A program made the translations under genes and the position numbers. Shown here in pieces: positions 53,850 to 64,000 of a stretch of 64,000 bases of DNA (its first letter is position 1; each line of letters starts with the position of its first letter). The stretch lies in the NCBI RefSeq assembly GCF_009914755.1, contig NC_060942.1; one strand, 5' to 3'. The notes beneath the pieces are model-generated. The model did not search any database. It was not told the DNA's origin and saw only the letters and a list, made by a program, of their open reading frames with translations. This stretch comes from the human T2T-CHM13v2.0 reference genome, Homo sapiens.

Positions 53850-54250
53850 CCTTCTCCTTTCGTTCTTTCCATTCTTCCTTCCTCCTTCCTTCCCTTTTTC
53901 TTTTTCTTCTTTCTTTCCTTTATTTTTTCCTTTCCTTCTTTTCTTTCCCTCCTTCCATCTTTCCTTCTTTCTCTCAATCTTTCTTTCTTTTCTTCCTTCT
54001 TTCTTTCCTTCATTCCTTTTCTTTTTCTCTTCCTTCCATTTTTCTTTCCTTTCTTCCCTCCATCTTCCCTTTCTTCCTTCTTTTTCTTTTTCTTCCATCT
54101 TTTCTTTCTTCCTTCCCTTTCTTTTTCCTTCCTTCCCTTCCATTTTCCTTCCTTCCCTTCCTTTTTCCTTCCTTCCCTTCCTTCTTCTTTCCTTCTTTTT
54201 TCCTTCCCTCCTTCCTCTTTTTCCTCTTTACTTTTTTTTCATTCTCTTCC
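53850..54250. repeat. CT-rich polypyrimidine low-complexity tract
   Basis: About 400 bp almost entirely C/T (CTTT/CCTT units). Confidence 0.95.
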
Positions 54251-55176
54251 CACACCTAGAGACAGGACTAAAACAGGAAAATATATTTCCCTCTTCTTCA
54301 GGGCAGTTTTCTTTTCTGCATTCACTGAGGGTTTTGGGTTTCAGGGGCCCTGGTTTTTTAGAAGAGTCTGCAATCTGACCTCTACCCCTGCTTGGGAAAG
54401 TAGCATTGGTCTTCATTCTTACAACTTACGAAGGCACAAAATTAATGCTGCCACCAGGCATGGTTAGAGGCCCCAGGGAGGGCCAGCTTCTGGGCTTTCT
54501 CCTTCTTTTTGCATTTCCATTGTTTCTCGCCTTTAAGGATTTCACATTCTAGCCATTGGCATACTCTTTTTAATTTCGCATATAATTTTTAGGCGTTTCT
54601 AGATATATAACTTGCTATAGTGCTGGCAAGGTGAGAGTCTCTCTACAGTCAACCGTATTGCTGGCAAAAAAAAGTCATATATTTTAACTTCTAAAAATCC
54701 AATGAGAAATATAAATAGAGATGCTAGGTAGATAGTTAAGTACACAAGTCCAGAGCTCATCAGAGAGACCTGGGTGGTGATATAAATTTAATGGCCTAGG
54801 CCTGAAAGTACTAGGCTGGACTCTGATGGACCAGGTGGTGAATGTCATGTGGACATTAAGGGGAACATAAGGGGACCCATATCCTGTGCCTGGGGAAGGC
54901 TGGGCTCTGGCAGGGCAGGCGGTGAATGTCATGGAAGTGAATGTAGATGATGAGGATTAAGCCACTTTTGAGTTTATTGTGGATTGAAGTGAGAAATTGA
55001 ATGTGTTCTAGAAAGAAATATGCTTTTTGGGGAGGTTCCTTTTATAATATAAGAGTTTTTTAAAGCACTGATGAGAATTTATGGTTCACAGGTTCAAAGA
55101 CAGAGAATGTAGTGAACACCACAAGGTTCCTGAGTCTTTGGGGATGGATTTGACAGCAGAGGTGGGGGCACTGATA

Positions 55177-55178
55177 TT

Positions 55179-55229
<51 letters not shown>

Positions 55230-55507
55230 GAGGGAGTCTCACTTTGTTGCCCAGGCTGGAGCACAGTGGCACAATCTGTTCACTGCAAGCTCCACCTCCC
55301 AGGTTCAAGTGATTCTACTGTCTCAGGCTCCCAAGTAATAAGGATTACAGGTGCCTGCCACCACGCCTGGCTAATTTTTGTATTTTTAGTAGAGATGGAG
55401 TTTCACCATGTTGGCCAGGCTGGTCTCCAACTCCTAACCTCAAGTGATTTGCCCACCTTGGCCTCCCAAAGTGCTGGGATTACAGGCGTGAGCCACTGCA
55501 CCTGGCC
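55177..55507 (-). mobile_element. AluSz/Sx with (TTTA)n tail microsatellite
   Basis: (TTTA)n at 55177-55229 followed by the Alu body ending cacctggcc. Partial TSD actgat. Confidence 0.93.
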
Positions 55508-56409
55508 AACTGATCTTGGATTAAGTGGAGTCACCCTCTTCTTATGTAGAGAGGAGAGAAAGGGAACATTCAGATGGCAGGTGGAGTGTGCAATAGTTCA
55601 TATATCGCGGCTGCATCTCTCTGTAAATTACAACTCAAGTCATTTTCTGAAGTTGAAGAAGTAGAGACAATAGTGTTCGCTGAAAATTGAGAGGTTTTTA
55701 AGTCCTGCAGAGGGCAAGTTACATAAGTCAGCTGATCATAAGAGCACAAACTTATAGCAGTATCAGTGAATTGCTGGCATCTTGGAGCAACCCAGATGCA
55801 GGCGTGGAGAAGTACACTGTTCTGTTCATCTAGGGTTCAGCATTTTCCACAACAAAATGTACCTCAAAGACAAATAGGCAAAGGAGTTTAGGGTACTGTC
55901 ATGTGAGTCATCAGAATGACAAGCAGGAACGTGAGCTGCGTGGAGCTGCTGGACAGGGAGACTGGAAAGGCTTATATGGTCAGAGACAGGAGGTGGGGAC
56001 GCAGCCTCAGGAACGGTGTTGTTCTCATTCTTGTAACAGCCTTTTCAGACAGCCTTTCCTTTCCCAACAGACGGTCGTGTTTTCTGTGCACAGCACAACC
56101 ACACAGAGGCTGAGTCCTTCAGGCTCCCGTCAAGGCCCCACTGAGAGGGCAGCCCCGGGAGCTAGCCGGAGTCACTGCACCTGGCCTCCCAGGTTGGTCA
56201 TCACAGGCTTCCGAGCAGGCACGGCGGGAAGGTAGGCGACAGGCGGCCCAGGAGGCAGGTCTGGGCCAGACAGGGCCAGACAGGGCCACTGGGACTGCAA
56301 ACCACACTGTCATTTTCTGTAAGGTCTGAATAGGAGATGCAGAAAAAAAGAAAGATATCAGACGTGGAACTGAAAGGCCACGAGGCTGAGGGTGCATAAG
56401 AACGCAAAC

Positions 56410-56560
56410 ACGCAGGAAACACAGTGGGCTGTGCAGGGAGAACCAGAGTGGGCATAGGGAGGCAGTGGGGGAAACACAACAGGCTGTGCAGGGAGAGCCG
56501 GGCGGGGGTGTTGGGGGGGAGTGGGGGAAACACGGCGGGCTGTGCGGAGTGTCGGGGGCG
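56410..56560. repeat. Degenerate ~55-bp G-rich tandem repeat (about 3 copies)
   Basis: gaaacacNNNNNgctgtgc recurs at 56416, 56471 and 56527. Confidence 0.7.
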
Positions 56561-56882
56561 CAGACAGGCGGGAGTGGGGGAAGCTCGGCCGCAGCAGAGG
56601 CGGCCTGGTGGGGCATCGCACACCTGGCCAGAGAGTCCTCCCAGTGCCACATGCTGGGGTCCACACACTGGGAGGGTCCTGTTGCTGAGCTCCAGGAACC
56701 TCAGAGCTCCTTGCTGAGATTCCCACTTTTCTTGGTTCCATGAGAATTCTATAAATAAAACTATTGTTTTCTTTGAGGTTACCTAAATGGTAATTCTTTT
56801 TAAATTCTCTTTAAAAAGAATACAGCTAGATGGTGTTTCTACGTGCTCCCTGGCACACAGCATGCCCTGTGTGCATGTACCC

Positions 56883-57532
56883 TGCTATGATTTGGAGGTG
56901 TCCTTCAAATCTCATGTTGAAACATGATCCACAGTTTTGGAGGTGGGGCCAGGTGGGAGGTATTGGGTCATGGGGTTGCTGGAGGATCCCCCATGAAAGG
57001 CGTAACACCTTCCCCTTGGTGATGAATGAGCTCTTGCTCAGTTACTTCACACAGAACCTTGCTGTTTAAAAATCCGGGCGCGGTGTGGGGGCTCACAGCT
57101 GTAACCCTAACACCTTGGGGGACTGAGGCGGGCAGATCACCTGAGCTCAGGAGTTCGAGAACAGCCTGGGCAACATAGCGAGACCCTGACTCTACCCAAA
57201 AATACCAGGCGTGGTGACGTGCGACTGTGATCCTAGCTACTTGGGATTCTGAGGCAGGAGGATTGCCTGAGCCTGGGAGGTGGAGGTTGCAAAGAAAAAA
57301 GAAACTTGACCCCCCAACTTCCCCTCTTAGTCGGCTCTCACCATGTGACTCGCTGGCTCTCTGTCACCTTCCACCATGACTGGAAGCTTCCTGAGGCCTC
57401 CCCAGAAGCCAAGCAGATGCCAGCACCATGCTTCCTGCACAGCCTGCAGAACCCTGAGCCAATGACACCTCTTTTCTCTATAAATTATCCAGACTCAGGC
57501 ACTTCTTTATAGCAATGCGGTAGACTGATGCA
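56883..57532 (+). mobile_element. MSTB-like MaLR LTR interrupted by an Alu
   Basis: tgctatgatttgg...aaatctcatgttgaaa...ggaagcttcctgaggcctccccagaagccaagcagatgccagcaccatgcttcctg...ttctttatagcaatgc. Confidence 0.88.
57072..57304 (+). mobile_element. AluJ-type, lacking the end of the right arm
   Basis: Left arm, shortened linker, right arm stopping at ggaggttgc, then an A-rich tail. Confidence 0.85.
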
Positions 57533-58474
57533 CTCCCTCTCTGCAGCTGGGCCCCCAGACCAGGCCAGGGAGGGCTGTGCTGGTGCTTCCTGTTGCACCC
57601 AAGTCCCTGTTGGTGTGAGATTTCGTGCTCCAGGAAGATGTAGAGAAATAGACACCCTGTGTCCACACAGGCTTTCAGCAAACTCTGGCGCTGTGGCGTG
57701 GGAGAAATCTTTGTAGGAAAGGTCCCGTCTGTGGCAGCTTCAGTGACTCCCGCCACCACCACAGCCCCACATTTTCCCGGATCTCTTCTCAAAAGACAGC
57801 ACCTTCAGAAAATGACTTATGTTCAGAGATTAACTCATGAACTGTCCAGATGCCACACATGGATATTTGATATTTTAGCATGAGATCAAGGCTGTTTAAT
57901 AACGGGTTATTGCCTTGGAGTGACCTAAGTACATGTGGATGATGGGCATGAAAGTGCCAAATACAGTGTCTGATGTTTACATATATGTGAGTCTGAATTC
58001 TGGCTAGGAAAAACTAATACATCTCCTGTACTCTAACAGGGAAGCCTCATTGGTGCCATGCTAAATTTTGGTCCTATGGCACCTGAAAATGTGTGCCTGG
58101 GCATCCGTTACTCTTTCATTAATTGAAGCCAAGAAACGCCACTGTCAGGGCTGTGCCACAGCAGCAGAGACCACAGCAAACACCCCAACGTGGGGCCCAC
58201 AGAGCTATCAGCTTTTCACTTTTGTGGTTTTACTAGGTAGAAACAGTGTAGGCTGCTTGACCTTTTATTTTATTCTGAGGCAAGACTTTCTAGGTCCCTA
58301 GAGAGAGGAGCATTATCTACGCAAAAAGTCAAACAGAATTCAAGCAGGCGGGCAAGACCGGTCCTTCGAAATGCTGATTCATCCACAGGCAGCACCACCT
58401 TCCTGTTTAGAAGGGTGGAGGGTGATGGCCAAGGCCGGCCAGATCAGGCCACTGCATTGTGGGCTTTCTCTCAC

Positions 58475-58670
58475 TCGCTGGGAGGCCGGGGGCTCAAGGT
58501 CAAGGTCAAGGCAGAGGTCAGGGAGCGGCCGTGCCCGTTCCATCGCACTGCCTTTCAATCTCCCTGGTCGGTGGATAGAGATCTTCAGCTCTGAGCCCCA
58601 CCGGTCTCTTCACTGCACAATCAACTGACAAGCACAAGTAATTTCCTGCTGTGATCCCTTCAGCGATATC
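58475..58670 (-). other. Candidate exon with a very strong acceptor
   Basis: ttttccccccttttattttcttctcttttcag|GATATC at 58670. The donor is uncertain (CGA|gtgaga at 58475). Confidence 0.25.
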
Positions 58671-60154
58671 CTGAAAAGAGAAGAAAATAAAAAGGGGGGA
58701 AAACTGCAGCAAACCAAAATATCCCTTAAGTGCACTGCCTAGAAAGAGGGAAGAGATTTTAGTTAACACATGTTAAATGCTTGCAGCTACCATTCCTTTC
58801 AAATTGGAAATTATTTATTTATTCTTTCTAATTCTCTAAAGCATTTGCTCCCCCAAATTGCACACGTGTGACCTATTACCTCTTTTCTGCTTTACTTTTA
58901 TTGCTCAGAGCAGAAAAATGAATGCATGTTTTCCCTTTTTATTCAACTCAGAAATCTCTAGCCATTTAATATTGACTGACAAATTAATGAATGAAACTGG
59001 ATAAATGAGTAACAGGCCGTTCTCTGTAATGGAGCTTTGAGCTTAGACTATGTGTTGAGCCACCCATTTTTTTTTCCCATTAAGTTGTACTTTCAGCTGG
59101 GATTTTGAGAGTGTGACATCAGAAGAAACAGTAGCTTATTTCTGTTTTTTCACCTTCCCCTTGTTACCATGGGCATTTGGTAGCAGGGAATGAGGTGGCC
59201 TCCATATTTAAATTGTGGGTTTATCTAGAAAGCATGAACAACACCAGAGACTATTTTTTTTATGTTGCCTCTGATTTTCCCTAACCTTATTGTGTAAGGT
59301 GCCACCTTCAAGAAAATTTCAACCCCGGTGGTAGCACGAGTTTTTCTGAGTGTGTTGTAGAAAGCGTGCAGTGCAGCTCTGCGTGTTCTTCGGTGACACA
59401 ATGAAGTAGGTACCTTATCCTTATTTAGTGACAATTAAACTGAGGCTTAGAGAGTTTAGGAGAAGTGCTCAGCAGCACACTAATTTTGATTCTAGTCCTC
59501 TACAGATATTTAGTTCGTGTCTGATTTCATCACGTTCTAACTTCGCATGGTGAGTGTCCTTGCAGTCAGCCCTCACCCTGAAGTATGGGGTCCTGTAAGG
59601 CCAGTTTAACAAGAGACACTGCGGCACCTTACCCCCAACTACAGCCACCGAAAACCTAAGACAACGAGAACATGAAATAAATACATCATCATGGGGGATT
59701 TTCATGCCATGGGCATGGAAAATGAGGGTGATTCCTATAACCTGCGGCTTTTCGGTAATTTACAAAACCACCACCACCACCACCACTCTCTGCAGACTGT
59801 GTTTATTTGCTGTTTTCTCTTGTTTGCTGTAGGATATCTATGTGTTTGAAGCCTCTGAAATCAATTTTTGCATACAGAAGAAAACAAAAACAGCCACCCT
59901 GTACTGCACAGCTAGTTGGGACATCCTAGGTATGAATAATAACAACGGCAAAGCCCACTGAAACCACAGGGAATGAGAGGAGAAGTGAGAGGCCAGGACT
60001 CATGTGCTGGACAAAACCAAGGGTTACACAAGATGAGGGAATCCACTGAGTCAAGTCTACACTACCCAATCCCCTAAAATGCTTTCAGAAATTAGGGCAA
60101 TTCAGAGAGACAATAAAGACTTTGTGAAAAAAATATCTGTGGCCTAAGTTTGGT

Positions 60155-60192
60155 AACTCCCAGGAAACTCCCAGGAAACTCCCAGGAAACTC
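60155..60192. repeat. 11-bp perfect tandem repeat, about 3.4 copies
   Basis: (aactcccagga)3 aactc. Confidence 0.9.
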
Positions 60193-62629
60193 TAGAAGGA
60201 AAAAAAATATGTAGAACATAAAAAATGTCCAGGCTGAGGTGCTTGAAGGATTAGAGACATTTCATCAATTAACACAATAATGAATTTTTATTTTTATGGA
60301 CCATAAGATCTCATTTTTTTAACCATAATTTAAAAAACTACCATAAAAATGATAATACCATTTAAGAATATATACATATCTCAGAAAATCAAGCCATTAT
60401 TGTCTGTGGGTTTTAGAAAAAAATACAATTGGTCTTATTTTTTATCTGATAATCACCTCTTTCCACAAGGCATGACTCAATGCAATATCCACGATACAGC
60501 GCAGATCTTATGGCCACTTGCTTGAAAGAAAACTAGAATATAATTATAAAAAAGCTAGAGTTGATGTCAAAATTCTATTTTAGTTTGCAGAAAATTTAGA
60601 ATTTTAAGCCTCTTTCTACATAGAATATATTGAGTGGTTCTTTGAATTAGAATACTCAATTCAGTTAATCAGTTTGCAGAAATTAAGGGGTGAGCGTGTG
60701 TGCCCCAGAGGACCACTCACCCGCAACAGGCAAGGAAGCTAATGCCTGAATTATTTGTAAGTCCTTGAGGCCAAACAGCCTACAGGTGGAATTTGAACCA
60801 GAGTTCCTGGCTCCCAGTTCAGAGAAATGTTGCCCACCCACCTGCCATTGGTTTAAAAGTGATTTGATGTGCTGGTTGTCTGCACTGGATCATTTTCTCG
60901 TTTACATGGAGATGGAGGCAGATATTGGTCAGATATTTTTGGGGTGGAGAAGGACACTTTGATTGCTAATTAGAGAATCGGATTCTACTGCACAAATTAG
61001 CAACAAAGAAGGAAAAGTGGCCTAAGAATTCAGCTCTGAAAACAGAATTGAAATGTGGTCAAACAGCAGAGGGTTTTTTTTGTTTTGTTTTGGTTGTTTG
61101 TTTTTAATGAGTCCACTCTGATCTCCCGAATCTAACTGTGTACCTTCTATTTTTGCCTTCATAAACGAGTCAACAATCTTCCCTTGTTTCTGACTAAACC
61201 AGATCCTTGACTGACAGTTTCTAAAGAACTTGAAAAGTTCCTTTGTTGAAACCATGTTGGGGGGTTGTGAATATGAATAAAGAAATTGCACAGAAGTAAA
61301 AATAGGGTCATTGATATTTCTCAGGAGGGCAGGGTGGTATTTCTGCCAATGGTCCCTGATTAGCGGGCTTCATTGTTACGCGTTTATTAACTCAGATGAA
61401 ATCAATATATTCACCAAGACCCCAGGGTTTTCTTGGACATTGTTCCTCGAAGCACTATTGTGTTTATATCAGGACAAAGTGGGGCATCTTCTAATGTAAC
61501 ATTCAGCCATGATGGATCAAATTACCTTTTATTTAAGAAAAATCAAAATTCCCCTTTTGGACATTTAGTGAATGACAGGCTTGACCTTTCCCGGTTTGTT
61601 TTCGAGTTCATTGTACTCAGGACCCTGCTGGCAATGGAAAATATATTTCCTTTTTCCTCTCACAACCTAATCTGACCTCCCTAGGATGAAATTGAGACAA
61701 TACAAGTTCAGAAGGCTTCTGTTGTGCAATCCAGAATTCAGAATCTGTCCTGAACCATACTCATGGGTATGATATCTCATGGAAATTTGTCTTATTATTT
61801 GCACCTGAACTTTATCATTCGCATTAAAATTATCATCATGCAAAATTTTCATCATCAAATCATTAAAAACATCAAATGTGTTACAATTGTAATTTTTAGA
61901 GTGAGATGAAATGCCTGCTACTTTCATTTTGTTTCTGTTGGCTTTTTACCTTAAAAGACTTACTTTTATAGCGCTTTGACTGGCTTGTCATAGTATTACA
62001 CAGAAGTATGGAAACTCTTTGATACGTACTTCGCCTCTTGGTTTTAACATGCATTTGTTTTTACTGAGACTCTAATTTTACACAAGCTTTACTGTGCTCT
62101 TCCTCCTCACTCACACACAATTATTTTTCCCACTAAACTTCCAGCAGGTGTCATTGAGACACAAATTTGTTGGAGCTGTTTCCCCACAGAATACCTTTTT
62201 GGGGCTTGATTATAGAGAGACTCTTACAAAAAGATTTTGATGGAAAAAAATACTGAGGACATTATCATTTTGCATATGAATTGGGGATAGTATGCAATAA
62301 TATATATTTTCAATCTTGGAATGAGCTGTAATCAACACAGTATGTACTTCCTTTCAGCTAGGCAATGTGTGACAGTTTCTTATGTAAATTTGTTGACACT
62401 ATAAATGGTAAATGTCAACAAATTCCAAATAAAGTCAGCTGAGTAAGCTAGTGTAAGCAATGCAGCGCACACAAATCAAAAGGTTGTTATTGCAAGGTTG
62501 TGGATATTGACTCACAAACATGCACCTGCTCTTGATATGCCAATGGTAGGCAGCAGGGTGGGGCATGTCATCTCCCCAGTTTATCCTAATACTCAAGCCT
62601 GGAGAAGCTATTTGAGGTCACATAAGTCA

Positions 62630-62760
62630 ACTTCTAATTTTACAGATGAAGACAAAGATTCTGAATGGGATTGTGACTTAGCTCAGGCTTGACTCATTAG
62701 AAATGGGTCTGGAGCCAGAAACAGCTCTAATGATTCCGAATTCCATGTTTGTTCCAAAGC
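62630..62760 (-). mobile_element. MIR fragment
   Basis: ctaattttacagatgaagacaaagattctga...gtgacttagctcagg. Confidence 0.55.
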
Positions 62761-64000
62761 TCCAACATACTCTTGGTGTGAAAATATAAAAATTAACAAT
62801 GTAAGAAAGCAAAGTATAAAAACATCATGTGTAATACTAAAAATTGCTTTAACATATGGCAAATTTGTTCATTTTTAGACGACATTTGCGTTAACGTGGA
62901 TGAGATTTATTTTGTGCAGTTTCCAAGTTGCAATTTTTATTTGAACCAAAATAAAAAACTATCAGAAGAGATTTGCCAGCCCCTTTGGGGAAGGCTGAGG
63001 TGAACAGAGCACACAGGCATGTGGAAACAGCATTCCAAAGGCCTTACAAATGGTAACAGGAATGAATAAAATCTAGAGATATTGATAGAACTCAGTGTTT
63101 TAAAAAATTATACCTGAAGTAACATTTCCTTACAAAGCTCTAACTTGGTAAAATAAGGTGTTCAATGTCCATACACATGGATAGAATCATGCTTTGTAGG
63201 CATAGCAAATCAAATTTTCAAATATCATTTTTCTCAGAGTCCCAAGAGACGATGCAGCTTCAGCCTGATTCTCTTGGGACACTTGGCTATGGACACCTAA
63301 CCACCATGCTGGAAGGAAGCTCAAGCTTCCCTGAGCAGAAGTTCATGTGGGAAGGAACTGACAGGCAGCACCACCGTGTATCTTAGGGATGGATCTTCCA
63401 GCTCCAGTTGAGTAACCACAGGAAGCAGAGACGAACCCTTCCTACAGAGCTCTGTCCACTCTGATTTTAGAGTCATTGGTGAATATACTTTATGTTCCTA
63501 AGCCCTGTTTCCATGGTTGGAATACCAAGTATTAGGAATATAAATAATTTAATAATTTAAATAATTTTCATATTAAAATTTTTTATAAAATGATAGAAAA
63601 TATATATATTCTTTTTAAACATAAAATTTACTTCAGAAACAACTGGAAAAAAAGAGGAAAAAATTCATACATTTGCAAATTTTGTATTTTTTCCCACCTG
63701 TCAATAGCACTAATCATTACTTGTTTTTAACAGTCAGTATACCTATATAGATCCATTTGTAGAGAGAAAAAATGTATATTATGATCCCAAAATTTTGCAT
63801 GATGAATAACTGAATTCTAATTAAGAGTTAAAGTATAATTACAATTTGAACCAATCAATAATTTAGGGTTATTTAATGTTACTAGTTAGTTTGTGCAATC
63901 TAATCAACTTCCATATTTTTATGGACTTACTCCTGAAACCATTTCTGTGATTTACGAATTCTAGAGAGAAAGTTTCCATCTCATAAGACTGTTTCAGCCC

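Noticed and set aside
53782-54378. 198-aa Phe/Ser/Leu membrane-like ORF and Lys/Glu/Arg-rich antisense ORFs
   Set aside because: Low-complexity CT tract artefact.
56119-56743. Pro/Gly-rich ORFs of 92-181 aa
   Set aside because: Stop-poor GC-rich degenerate repeat, open in most frames, with no recognisable protein family.

Overview
AT-rich primate, most likely human, genomic DNA that reads as non-coding (intergenic, deep intronic or lncRNA territory). An AluYd-type element with its 12-bp diagnostic deletion points to human. I recognise no protein-coding gene: the long ORFs in the track come from tandem or simple repeats, Alus and decayed L1 ORF2. Roughly half of the window is transposon-derived (9 Alus, several L1 pieces, THE1/MST/MLT/MER21 LTRs, L2/MIR relics). 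There are also two minisatellites (42 bp and 45 bp) and several microsatellites. I do not see a new biological system. The items best supported by the sequence are: (1) a 300-bp L1PA insertion combining a twin-priming inversion, a short 3' transduction with its own AATAAA and a perfect 17-bp TSD; (2) a 69-bp inverted templated copy of nearby unique sequence inside a (TA/CA/TG)n array; (3) a very young AluYd8-like insertion. More speculative are a phase-compatible chain of minus-strand candidate exons near the window start and several repeat-free blocks that look like conserved enhancers. Repeat subfamily names come from remembered consensus features, not a RepeatMasker run, and boundaries of old elements are approximate.
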